64,000 nucleotides of DNA. Source: Takakia lepidozioides. Its lineage: Eukaryota > Plantae > Bryophyta. Position 1 is the stretch's first letter. Each line of letters opens with the position of its first letter. The position numbers and the translations under genes were made by a program. Shown here one piece after another: positions 1 to 12,584 of this stretch. The notes beneath the pieces were generated by a model. That model saw only the letters and a program-made list of their open reading frames with translations. It was not told the origin of the DNA and made no database searches. The DNA lies in contig CM060731.1 of the NCBI GenBank assembly GCA_030704615.1, forward strand, positions 50,778,001-50,842,000. Reading direction: 5' to 3'.

Positions 1-73
1 GCCTGAAAAAGTTATTACTGTAACTTTGATGTTATTGAGAAATTGAGTATGGCTCCCAAAGAGGGTTTAGCAC

Positions 74-3000
74 TTACTCACATGAAAAGTCGTTGTCGAC
101 CTGCTTATCTTCGGGATCGTCATCATTTCGAATTTGAATCCGATCAGTCTGTGTGCCTGAAGTGGAGTCAAACAAAAGGGGGAGGAGCACTGTGTTGTAG
201 AGGTCAGAATCACCCTTCATGCCAAAAAGGCTTCTTCCGCCTGCCTTGCATGCATGGTAAGTTGCTCCTGCACCACACAGGAGGACATGAACAGTTTGGT
301 GGGGGGGATTTAAGCAGATGAAACTGTTGAAAGAAAACCAATTCGGAAGGGAAAGAACGAACCTGTGGACACAGAAAGATCGACCACCCGTGCAGAGCGG
401 TGGCTGCATGACTCCAGCAGTATTTGCATGAACGCTGGGGACTTTTCCTTTGCACCTCTCCAGGGAGTGCCATCTGGTCTCTTCAGAGTCTGACTGAACT
501 GCATGAAGTTGTACAAAATGTCATCGACATGGGGCTCATAGGGTGGCTTGACGAAACAACCCTGGTCAGAAATCTCAAAGCTGCGGATGGAGGATGGTGT
601 CTTTGAGGTGCGAATCCTTCGCAGGCAGATCGCCTTGAACATCCTCGTCTGCCAAAGATAACAGGTTAGTGTGGTAAACACAATGTATAGTGGAAGTGTG
701 TACATCGGCTATTCAGAACTCAAACACAAAAAAATCATTTTTATCACGAATCGGTGATGATCGTTGTCGATCATAATAGATTCTACTAGAGTGGAGCTGC
801 AGAGAACATTGAAACTCATCATGAAAGCACAAGCAGAAGGGAGACGGCATACCAGCTGACCAGGGAAACCCCCTTTCACAAGGTAGAGGCTGTTCACACA
901 ATTCCATGTGTGCAAAACTTCAAACCCTGAAGACTTGAGGTATGATGCCAATGCCCGACGACTATCATTGTCACATGACTGAAAAAGCAGAAGTGTCCCT
1001 GCATCAGAGAGAAAGTTATTACAGAACCCGAACACCCAACTCCAGTAGTTGTCCTCAAATTTGTTCCAGCCTGGCGTCTTGCCCTTTGGAAGAACTTCTG
1101 GCACAGCCTGGCCATCCGGAATGTCGAGAATGACAATGTCGGCCGCATAAGTTTTCTGCACACCGCACACGAAGGTGGGACCTGTGCTCACTTGCAACAG
1201 ACATGTTTTTTATAAGAACGAAAGCAAGAATGTTTTCAAAGAACGAGACTGAAATACTGCCAACGAAACTTTCAGAGAAAAAGGAAAGAAACTGGAATTC
1301 TCACCAGATTGAGGAATGAGATTATATTGTCCCAGGTAGGCGATGGCACCCCAGTGTATCCTCTCTTTCGATTCTGCATCATCGATAGCCAACCCTCATT
1401 AACAATTTTCATCTCTCCTGCCGAATCAGAACGGGAAGGGTGTGGCTTGGCATCGAACACGCACTGAACAGTGCGGGTATATCTTCCAGCAGTAAAGTCC
1501 TGCCCACTCTCCATCTCCTTTTCTTTCTCCTTCCCCTTGTCCTTTTCCTTCTCTTTGGACTTGTCTTTGTCCTTTGGCTTTGCTGGTGAGATGGCTATGA
1601 CATCAACAACCTTGTCTTTTGGTTTGCGGCCCGCCTTCTTTCCCTTTTGCGGCGTTCCCTGAGCATCAGGCTCCTTGGCAGCCAATGTTGCTATGTTTCG
1701 TTGGTACTCTTCGTCAGTCAAAGGCGCCAACATCTCAGCGTTATTGTTCAAGTATTTCATATGCTGTTCTTGAAAGGTCGTGTGCTCCGGTGGGCAGTCA
1801 AGGTACCACCCACAGTCTCTGAAGTGAGAAGGACTCCAGTCCTTCAATATCCCTGCAGTATACATGGTTGGATCGTTTGCAGGGTCCGACCACATGTCAA
1901 GATAGTCTGGAATTCCGCTCAGGTGATTTCCTTCCATAAGCACATATTTCGTGTACCTGAAAAAAGGAGATAAATCCCAACCCACAAAAGCGCTCAGTGA
2001 GTAAGATGCAAGTAGAACAGAATGAAAAAAACATAGATTGAAATGGCTCTGAGAACTGCTCCAAGGACCTTTCAGGACCACACGAATGCTCCAAATGTGA
2101 ATGTCGTCAACGCATTTGTAAGCATTCCATTCAATGATACTGTAAATACACCCTAATCCAGGTGAATGCAAACTATCGTTTTGGAATGACACAGACATAG
2201 AAGTGAATGTCGTCAACGACATTCACTAATCAAGCCTAATTATTCCTCAAATGAAGCAAAATCACATGATGGAAATCATAAACTCGAGTAAGGAACCCTC
2301 CAGGAAAACTCAATGCACATTCATAACGAACATATCACTGAGGACCTCACAACAACACTGTATGTGAATGGCGTCAACGCCATTCACAAAAATACCAACA
2401 AGGAACCAATTACTTAGCTCCCAATCCATGTAAATTCAAATTGTCGCTGTTGAATAATACAGACACAGAAGTGAATGTCGTCAACGACATTCACTTTGGA
2501 TTTCTCATAACAGAGCTTATCAAGCCTCCAGATTCCTCGCAAGAGGCAAAAACAATGCAGAACAACTGAATGTCTGCATTGACATTCAGCAATATGAAGT
2601 GAGGAACCCTCACTGTAACCTCTATGGACATTACAAAAATTTACATAACTCTAAGGACCTCTCAACAACTCCGGATGTGAATGTCGTCAACGCCATTCAA
2701 GGACATTATCAATTCGAATCAGGGACACTATAATTACACCCTTAGATCCTAACCAGGTGAATTCATATACTCGCTTAATAATGACTCAGACAAAGAAGTG
2801 AATGTCGTCAACGACATTCAATCTGGATCTATGATTGCAATCCTTATGAAGCCACATTTTTTCCCAAAAAAAGCAATAGAGTTTCAAGTATGACATTGCA
2901 CCTGTACACAACTCGCATCATGGCCCACTCTCCTCCAACCTGACTGTCAAAGTCGTTGGACCGTAAAATGTTACCATCTTTGGAGAACTCCCGAAAAAAA

Positions 3001-3411
3001 CAGTATCTCCAGGTGAGACCTCTCCACTTCCTTATGTATGCCTCCGATGACATTTGGGGAGGGGAAACAATCGAAATGTTCAGGTCTTTCAAAGTCTGAT
3101 CCAGCACAATGACGGCGCGCTTTTCGAGCTGCAAATTGTATATTTGTCAGAATTGCAAATAAGATACTCATCACATACTTGAAGAGAAGAAAACGGCATG
3201 TTTGAATACACACCTGACTCCAAAATGTAGCCTTGTGGAGCCAGTTATCAAACACCAAATCACTGATTCCTTCCACCTTTGTGCCAGGCTGTATGGTGCT
3301 CTTTGGGAACTGATTCAAGTCTTTTACTGTTTGATCTGAGTTCCATATCTCCAGCCACCTTATTTTTGTTTGTGGGTCGACCATCGATATGGCCAGCCGG
3401 TGTGCTGGCTC
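74..3411 (-). pseudogene. Spliced gene/pseudogene with a C-terminal beta-class amino (N4C/N6A) DNA methyltransferase-like domain (N6_N4_Mtase-like); 5' end not located
   Basis: GT-AG exons join in phase: 3411-3214, 3128-2902, 1956-1305, ~1248-853, 648-363, 267-74. The translation has ADIVILDIPD (motif IV position, canonical DPPY/SPPY), WSWVFGFCNNFLSDAGTLLLF, KEKSPAFMQILLESCSHRSARVVDLSVSTG|ATYHACKAGGRSLFGMKGD (motif X-I-II region). An in-frame TAA lies at ~1210-1212 if the 1248 acceptor is used. Confidence 0.7.
2097..2821. repeat. Array of ~7 copies of a 24-bp palindrome GTGAATGTCGT-CA-ACGACATTCAC inside an intron, part of larger degenerate tandem units
   Basis: Copies at ~2097, 2203, 2364, 2471, 2567 (degenerate), 2677 and 2798. 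The intervening sequences share motifs (AGGAACCCTC, AGGACCTC.CAACAAC, CAGACA.AGAA). Confidence 0.85.
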
Positions 3412-3689
3412 CTGTTAGTACCATGATTTGATATTCTTCCTGATGTTTATAAGGTTCTTGGGAGAGTCAGCTTGGTCTTAGCAGGCCGTGTTTCAATGTC
3501 TGCCTGCTCAGCTGCACCGTGGTGCAAGTTCTCACTGACCAATCCGACATTAACTGACTACCGACACAAGCATCACACACAAGAGGTCCTTTTGTCGGTC
3601 AAATCCTCCATGGGTCATGATACAAGCTCAAGGACAGTGTGGTGAGGGCACAGGTTCTTCTTCGACCTATTTCAGCCTGTTTTGCCCTC

Positions 3690-5710
3690 TCATCAGACTC
3701 GGCCCTGAGATGCATATTGAATTTTGTAAGTTAGCTCATTGCTTGTTGATAGTAGGGTTGGGGGTGTTTGCTGGAACAATTCTAGGCTGTCATTGTCAGC
3801 TGCTAGCAGGAAGGCAAGGATGTATGCATGATTTTGTGCAGAGGCATAGATAGCTGAAGGAGCAGGGATAGAGTGTGGGCCCAGATTTGTCCGAGAGGGC
3901 CAGATTTCAAGCTCCATTATTTCAGTGTCATCCATTCAGCCAGGGATTTCCTAGTGCCATTGCAAAGGCTTTACTCGCAACACGATGCTTGTAAAGCTTC
4001 CTTAGCTTGAATGCTGATTATGCTTGAATTATTAGGTTTGTAAAGCCAGTTTTGAAATTTTCATGGTAATCAGCTCTCTTGAAAATTTGTAGGTTGCAAG
4101 CCATTTACAACGCGCCGTGGGTGGACTGGAAGACAGCCATTGAAAGTCCTGGTGCAGGTTAATACCAGTGAAGAGCAGTGTAAGCTTCATATGCCCTTTT
4201 GGTGCTAGTTATCTTCATGTATGGTACTATTGAACACCAACAATCTTTTGGTGAGATTCTGTCTTGGTGCACGTGTCTGATAAAGAAAGACGGTAATGTT
4301 TGTTCTGAAACCTGAAGGCGTGAAATGATTCAATACAACAAGAGCATTACGCGTGTCACAGTACAAGCTGTAAGAAAGCAAGAGATACATAGTTATACAG
4401 TCAAACAGACAACTATCAGTTTCTGTGGAATCTCTTGCCAATGGCAGGATGGGTTGGGAACAGCCAAGTCAGGAGGTGAATGCCTGTCAAATTACCACAT
4501 GTCCTTCTGAATACTGCCCCTGCCCTGGTGGACATGTATGCCAAATGTGGGTGCATCGAGGATGCCAAGGGAGTGTTCAACACTGTGGTTGAACGAGATG
4601 TGGTGTCGTGGAGTGCGATGCTTGCAGGGTATGCACAACTGGGGTGCGGGATGGAGGCTCCAACCTTCGAGCAAATGATGGGGGAAGGGGTGAAGGCCGC
4701 CGACATAACGTTTGTGTGCGTTTGCAGTGCGTCTGGCAGCCCTAGAAAGGGCAAAGAGATCCCTGGTGACACCATCAAATCTGCAATTGTACCAGATGTC
4801 ATCCTGAACATTGCTCTGGTGGCCATGTATGCTAAATGTGGGAGCATTGAGGATGCCAAGGGAGTGTTCAACACTATGGCTGAACCAGATGTGGTGTCGT
4901 GGAATGCGATGCTTGCAGGGTGTGCAGAGCAGGAGCGCGGGATGGGGCTTTGGACACCTGAAAGCAAATGATGGGGAAAGGGGTGAAGGTACCTTCTTCA
5001 ACATATTTCACCCTGTTTTCCCTGCTAGTGTTTGCTTTGACAATTCTAGGCTGTCATTGTCAGCTGCTAGCAGCAAGGCGAGGATGTATGCATGATTTGT
5101 GCAGAGGCATGGATAGCTGAAGGAGCAGGGATTTCGTGTGGGTCCAGATTCATCCAAGAGGGCCAGATTTCAAGCACAAAATTACCTGTGATTCCCTGTG
5201 GATCAAAAGCTACAAGAAACCTGCATGGGTAGATGGTCAACTGGCAGCAGCGGCACAAGTGATAAAATCAGGCACTGCTAATGAAGGCATCTTCTTCAAC
5301 ACATTTCACCCTGTTTTTCCCTCTTATCAGAATCGGCCCTAAATTTACATGTTCAATTCTGCAAGTTAGCTGGTTGAGTGAATCTAGTTTGGAGTGACTT
5401 TGACATGATACTCCAATGTGACAACAGAAAAGTGTCAAAAAATAATTAACAGAGATAAGGAGAAGCTGTGGAATGAATACTTATCTGAGACCAGTCACTG
5501 ATGGGTCAACCGGGGCAGAAAGGTGAATGCCTGCTACATTTCAGAGAGTAGCAGACGCAATTCAGCATAGGATTTAGTGTGCTACGCCGAGTTGGGTGTT
5601 TCCTAGAACAAATGTAGGCTGTCATTGTCAGCTGCTAGCAGCAAGGCAAGGATGAATGCTTGATTTGTGCAGAGGCATGGATAGCTGAAGGAGTAGAGAT
5701 AGAGTGTGGG
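3690..5710. repeat. Three dispersed copies of a local repeat (TAGGCTGTCATTGTCAGCTGCTAGCAG...GATAGCTGAAGGAG)
   Basis: Similar blocks at ~3780-3910, ~5042-5174 and ~5615-5710. Confidence 0.75.
4480..4971 (+). pseudogene. PLS-class pentatricopeptide repeat (PPR) gene fragment
   Basis: Two repeats of ALV(D/A)MYAKCG.IEDAKGVFN.....DVVSW.AMLAG. Internal deletions; no start or E/DYW domain. Confidence 0.85.
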
Positions 5711-6432
5711 TGACGCAGTTTGCTGGGCAATGGGCAAGACGTCTTTGTATAAATGTGAGTGACCTTCCTATCCTCCCGGCTCTCATTTTTAGTGCATGTT
5801 TCTTTGTGAAGTATCTGACGACTTCGCCAACACACACCAACCTTTTTGCTTTGGTTTGTTTACGAGTCCATGGGATAAAAGTTACCATAAACAACACTGG
5901 CATTGGTTTTTCATATATGGTATTAGATAATTCTCTTAATTGTTTCCGCCTTGGCAGGTTGCTCAGTGACCTTCCCTGGACGCTTTGGAGTATAGCGAGT
6001 GAGTGTCTCACAATGCAATGTTGGTTGGTGCATCTTATGCAAGAACTTGGAAAACAAACAGATGTCCTTGCTGTAGTAATTCTTAAAGCCATGCAAGCCT
6101 TAGTTTTTGATGGGTTGCAGATTGATGGAATACATGAGTAGTTAGAAGATTCTAGGTGAACACTTTTCAAAGTGTTATAGTTAGACAATATAATTCACAT
6201 GAGAACATGTGACTATTTTATGTATTTTTAGGACGCGACAAAAATGATAATGATAAATAGATTGGTAAATAGAGATGGTGTACAATCTCTTGGTTTTGCT
6301 CAGCTTGTTGCAGTTATGTCTTGCTGCCTTGTTCTCTTTGTATTATATATTATATTTCATTGTTGTAATAGACATGTACACGACTGCTATCATAGTTATA
6401 ATAATGACTACATCTATTTCACTCTTCAATAG

Positions 6433-6874
6433 TACTACACCACGTGGCAGAAATACAAATATGTAAAAAAATAGCAATACACCCAAAAAAACATCTATCA
6501 TGACACATGTCAATCTGCTGAGGGACCACGTGTAAAAATTACAACGCGCCACGTGTTGCAACCGGATTAGCACGCCCGTAGTCATGGAGAGCGAACATTT
6601 TGCCACGTGTCATTTCCTGTATCGAGCACGTGCCACTCTTGCACAGCCGCTGACATGGACTACACTGTCCGTTCAGTCATTCAGTAAAGCCAGCGTGTAT
6701 GACTACCCCCACAGCTGCTCAGGCGCCACGTCACAGCCAGCCTGGAGAGTCATATCTGCCATGTCACAACTGACTAGGGCTTTACGTCTTCAGAGTCAGG
6801 AAGTCGTAAATGGCTTCCATGCCTGCATTTGCAGTCATAACACAGAGACGTAAAAGCTGCAATTTGTTGTAGTG
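6433..6874. mobile_element. Degenerate non-autonomous CACTA-like element
   Basis: Right end TTTGTTGTAGTG (reverse complement CACTACAACAAA) and left end TACTACACCAC. Many internal GCCACGTG/TGACATG-like subterminal motifs. No matching 3-bp TSD. Confidence 0.45.
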
Positions 6875-9368
6875 TCTCTTGGATAGATCCTTGCCAAACT
6901 TCTCCTCCTCTTGAATGTCCACTTTCTGACATTTGCCACATTGTGTGTCATGATACTTTCGCCCAAGGTGTATTCAACCAACCCTCAATCCAAGGGATCT
7001 CTTGTGCTCTTGTGCTTGCTGCTTATGTCTGTAGTCCGATGATCCTGAATTGTTCTGTGAAATCCACTAGGGTGCAGCTGAGCAGCCACAGTTTAACCAC
7101 AGCTTCGTAAGACCAAGCCACAAACTCCAACCCTCCCAAGCACTTTGCCAGCCACAAGGGAAAAAACCTCGAATTTCCTCCTTCCCTGCCCTGCTTAGAA
7201 AGAACAACCTAAGCTACTGACAGTAAGAGCCTTTTTCCGAGGAAAAACCAAGACTCTTACGTCATTCAACCACTAGGGGTACAATCCGGTTCACAATAAC
7301 AGAATCAGTAAATATCCTTCCTGACAGACTCCTTCACGTTCTACATAAAGAACATTGCCAAAGCTGCAGTCGCACCATTGTGAAGGATCTTTAAAGAACT
7401 CCAGTCAGCGCTGTTGCATGCTCCAGTGCTGACCTCATGCACTTCGACCCAATACCAGAATTGACTGCATCACCGAGTGCATCCAGCTTCAAGCATCACG
7501 CATCAGTGAAAACCATAATCTGCTGCTCCATTTGAGTACATCTCTCAATCCCTCTCTACTGTCCCCCAACATTACCAATCACATTCTGCTCTTTCGCTGC
7601 CTCCCCAACACCACAAGATGTGAAAGGCTTGTTCTGCAGCCTTGGTTCTTGATCCAAAAACTGATGAGCAAAGTGTTTCCATAAAAGCAGCGGAGCAAAG
7701 GATGGGAGAGATGGTGCATCCCTGCGCCCCGCCATCCAGCGCGCTCTGTTTCTCATTCGGCCTTCACTACTCGCACACCTTACACGAGCGCGCAACGCCG
7801 AGACTCGCAGGCAGCACGTCCAGAGACTCCGCACAGGGGCAAGCAACAACACAGGTGCTGACAGATAGTTCAGTGGTCATTGCAAGACTCCATCACCAAG
7901 AACTTGGGGCCAACTTGGCCAATTTCTACACTCATGCCAATATGGTTCTTGACAAGCTACCGCTCCCGCTCCCGCCAAGTAAAATCACCAGCTCTACAGG
8001 TCATGGTGAATCCAACAATATGCCTGCAAGCCAGAATGGGGCTACAGGCCAATGGCCCTTCTTGAGCTGCAACACGACGGACTACACAAGTTGGGCACGG
8101 CTGGCCTACTGGGTGCTCAGCCTGCCCCAGCGCTCAGGCAGCAGGGGCTGCCAGGGCCCCAGCGTGCACCCGCCATCACAAACAGGGATAACAACACCAT
8201 GATCACCACCAACGCCAATGTGTAAACAACAAGCACATACCCATGGCAACAGCAGGGCCAGATGGACTCCTGCGCACCTCCAACGCGGTCTCTACATCAT
8301 TCTCATGACTATCCTCTTGGGGATCTCTCTTCTTCATGTTGGCTACGGTCTTCTTGTACTCCCACTCTTATCAATGCGATATTCACAAGTGGTTGCCATC
8401 GCTCTGTGCCCTCTCTACCCAATATAAACCACTGGAATGCCCATACTTGCAACGCAGTAAAGGCCACCCCCACACCACCGATACAAGCTCCCTGCCGCAG
8501 CGAGTTGCCACCCAACAAGGCCGGGCATCCTGCCCCAAGATATATTATAATAGTGCTAAAACAAACATCTTTTCGACCGGAAAAGAAGTGGGATAGGCCA
8601 CGCGGCGACAATGGCACGTGGAAATTGAAGGGAGGGCCTTCATACGCCAAGACGACACCCGGTGCTCCGAATGGAAAATCAGGTGCGACGCCTTTTGGCG
8701 GACAAAAGGCGACCTTCGATGGAGTGTGCTTCAATTGTGGGGAGCCCGGGCACATGACCGAGAAGTGTACGAATCCCCGACAATTGAACATGACTCGGGC
8801 AACCACAGAGTTGTCCGAAGCTTCCATCAGCCGCTTGGTGGAGGCGGTGGTCGCCAAGACTTGCAAGGTAGGCAACCACTCTTGTGAGTTGTATCAGGAA
8901 ACTGACAACTTGCGTAAAGGGAGTCAATTAATGTTTGTGCTTAGCACTAGAAAACTAGATAGCGCATCTTTCTCGAGTGATTGATTACTAAGAGACACAC
9001 TGTTCACACAAGAAACATGAAATCCAACACCATCACTCTTTAAAATAGTAGTCAAGCCAGGGGCACCCCAAGCTATGGGGACTCCACCCCACAACAACCT
9101 ATCCTCCCTTCATAAGTACACTCAGATTCTGAACGATGAAGGAGCTCGGTCGTGCAGGCTCAACTCGAGAGAGATGAGCCACACGACTGACGCTCTCGTG
9201 AAGACAAAGTCATATTATTCCCTCTTTTCAGGTCCTAGAGTGTAAGTTCTACAACATTTGCATTATTATCTATCAACCCTAAGTTGAGCGGCCAACTCGA
9301 GAGTTCCAAGGCAATAAATTTCACATATGTAGGAACTTGTGCGGCATCTTTCTTATAAGCTACTTACA
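6875..9368. mobile_element. Decayed retroelement region ending in an LTR segment related to the B repeat of the 15.9-27.3 kb element
   Basis: 8966-9205 shares the PBS-like ATCT(T)TCTCGAGTGA, GCCAGGGGCACCCCAAGCTATGGGGACTCCACCCCACAACAACCT and the GGAGCTCGGTCG...GCTCTCGTGAAGA hairpin with 26981-27224. A plus-strand zinc knuckle CFNCGEPGHMTEKC lies at ~8727-8768, and an RT-connection-like FKELQSALLHAPVL at ~7390-7431. Confidence 0.7.
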
Positions 9369-10964
9369 CTAACCCTTAAGCGCCAAGTGGTTATATTTGA
9401 TTTTTTTGAAAATAAAAATGACATCTAAGGCAATTTTTTTTTTGCAAAAACCCGGCAAAATTAAAAAACCTGAAAATTTGACCGTACATTTGGTGCTTAC
9501 TTACATCATGTGGCCGAGGCCAATCAAATCGCATCTTGCAAATGACACCGACGAGAATCTATTTTTGGGCCATGCGAAATTTAAAAAAAAAATTGTCATT
9601 TGTTTTGGATGACAGGATGAGCTCGGATGAAGGTGGAACCATTTCATCCCTATGGGATATGAGAAAAATTGAGTAAAATATGACGATTTGGCACATGGTC
9701 AATGTAGGGGGGTCTAATTTTCAATTTTGCCCAGTTTTGAATGGGCTTTGCAATTTCACACCATGGGAAGGGGCCCCAATAATGATGTTCAAGCATCTAC
9801 AACTACAGTCCATATACTTGAACTTGCATACGGGGTTTCAAATCTCACAAGTAGTCTATGATGATGGCAATCACATGGCTAGGTGAACGTTTTGTTGGTG
9901 ACACGTGATTGAAATCGGGCCGTCCATTTTCGATAGCCCATAAACGTCGCGTGAGCACAAATGTTGCGGTTATCCACAAGACGTTGGCAATGTAGAAGAG
10001 CTAGTTGGTCATATTGCAAGCCACATACATACACGTCAAGCCCAACACAAGCTGATAACAGTCTAGTCTAGTATACATCAAAAGACACATTAGTGATCGC
10101 GCTGAAAAATGAATGTCGCTACAAGCGTTCCATGATGGTATCATGTAAGTACTCCAAGCCTTGAGCAAACAACTCTTTGAAGGGTGGTAAGCAAGCATGT
10201 GCCTTATAGAAAGTAGATCCCAAGTAAACTGAAGTTGGTTCTAGAAAGAGAAAGAGCCACTGTTGACGTGGGCGATTGCATCCATGAGAAAGCCTGGTCG
10301 CTACTGATAGAGAAATCGAAAAACCAAGGTTGAAGCAACAAAGGCAAAATCTGCCTATCCCCCCCCCCCTCTCTCTGTGAATCGCCCCCAGGATTTAACG
10401 AGGCGCTATTGGTCGAAATAGAAGTCCAACTCCATTATGACTTATGTCGAGTCAATGCAGGGGCCTTTGGAAGTTACATGGAGCTCTCGCAAATAGATTG
10501 GGATTTTTAGGAAGTTATTTCCGCACACATGTATTTGTATTGCTTTTTGTTCAATGAAATTTTCTTCTTATTACAAACAACATGAGAAGAGGCTTGAAAG
10601 TTTTTTGCTGGAATTTTTAAGGCATTAGGCACTTTGGTCCATATAAGTTTCCGAGCAATTAGGCCAAAATCTGAAAAATTCCCAAAACTTTCATTTTGAA
10701 TTAATTATCGCCTAAACAGTAGTCCAAAGACGGTATATTCCCTAAGGGGCACCCCCCCCGGAATCGCCCCTTGCGAAGGGGCGCAAAAAGACGTCCCTTC
10801 ACAAGGGGCGATCGAGTTTGGCGGCCCCTAACTGACACATTTGTCTTTTCCAACGGGCCCGCAACCTTACAAATGCTATTGGTTTCCATCCAAAGTAAGC
10901 TAGATTTTAGGAGAGGGAATGATTTTTGACATCTTCATCAATAACTTATATTAATTGTCATTTA

Positions 10965-11048
10965 GAGAGAGAAGACTCCGGTCATAGGACTCGCATAACT
11001 AAGAACCACTTCGCCTTGCGGCTACTGCCCCCTTTCGGGGGTGGGCCC
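10965..11048 (-). mobile_element. 84-bp insertion flanked by a 16-bp direct repeat (putative TSD)
   Basis: TATTAATTGTCATTTA at 10949-10964 and 11049-11064. The insert is homologous (opposite strand) to 15451-15507. Confidence 0.6.
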
Positions 11049-12584
11049 TATTAATTGTCATTTACTACGTCATGGCATGGCAATTAGTGCCAAGATTTCT
11101 AGAGGGGTGAATGGAAAGGTGTCCATGGAACCATCCCCTCTCATTTTTAAGAGGCGATTCCCTCTTGGGGGCGCTTGCTTGGGGGGGGGGGGGTTTGGGA
11201 GTGCCCATGCAACCCGGTTGCAACAATCCACCCATCCACAAAAAATAGCCATGGTGCGTACACGAGGACAGACCAAAGACCTCCCTTCACTATCCAAAAC
11301 AGTTAAACCTAAGACTAGACATCCAAAAATTTCCATGAGAGCCGTGTCCAAATAAGACATAAGTTGTAGAAATTGCGGAGTGGGATGGGAACCTGATGGG
11401 AATGAGCGCAACAGATAAAAATGTCATGGAGTAAAACATATGTCACTTGCATATCAACTAGCATGGGAATTAAGCATGTCTATATGGTTAGTATTTTCTA
11501 GCAAAACATCTTGAAGGAGTAAGATAATAAAATAAATAGTACCAAAATGGACATCTAAATAAGCTGGTTGAACAAAAAGACTTAGAGTTTGGGTATTGGC
11601 AAAATGATGGAACACTAGAAGAACATCAGCAGGGAGACCAATGATGTGAGTATCATCTGTATGCATACATGAAAAGTTGGTGCAAACGATCGAAGGGCGC
11701 ACATGTGGGGTGCAAAAACAAGGAAAGATCCCCATATAGAGTTACCTCGACGTGTTCCCAGCAGTTCTGACTGAGTATTTGTATATTTTTCAGTGTAGGA
11801 ACGATGGCTATAGAAAAAGGGATTGGAGGAAGTGTAAAACAATCTCACAAAGGAGAGGAGCTGATGACACACCTCCAGCTTGCAACTACTAAAAATTCAA
11901 TACTTGTGAGACGTATTTTGAAGATATTGGTGATATCCATTTGAAGGACGACCAGTTTGGATGAAGATTATGGGAAAAATGAATCACATGCACCACCGTT
12001 TCACAATGTCATGGAGTGCCGACCCCGAACTGGTGTGGAGAAATATACACAGAAAATACATATCGAAGTTGAACGCAAATCTTCTTACGTGAGGGTTAAC
12101 AACCAAAAAATTGAAAATAAAATCTATAATTAAAAAAATAAAAATTGTTAGGTGAAGTATGAAACCATTCTAAGATTGCACAAGCTGGCTCATGCCTGGG
12201 TGGGCATTGCCCAAGAAAAGGGGTATAAGATCACACCACATCCAACAAGGTTGAATTCAAAAACACCTGGTGGCACTTAGTGCTTTATCCAACTGTGCTA
12301 TGTAGCGGATCACCTATAATATCACCTATTCACCTGAATGAATTTCAAATGCATATGAAATTGAAAAAATAAGTTTGTCTGATTAAAAATTCTTAGTAAA
12401 TCGAACCCTAGGTTTGATTTCTGGATGGTCATCCATAATGCCATCCAATTGCAAATTGTATGCAAAGGACTCAAAGACAATGTTTGTGGTTGCACATTTT
12501 GAAGTTTTGTTTTATTTATCCATTATAGTTATCCATTATAATACTAGGACACCTCTAAAAAGAAATGCAAATTTGGGGGGGTTT

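Noticed and set aside
2097-2821. CRISPR-like array of palindromic repeats
   Set aside because: Spacers are 70-140 bp, uneven and related to each other; the array lies in a eukaryotic intron with no cas genes.
9369-12099. piggyBac-like element (CTAA-CCCT ... AGGG-TTAA)
   Set aside because: Only 4 bp of inverted match, an imperfect TTAA and no recognisable transposase.
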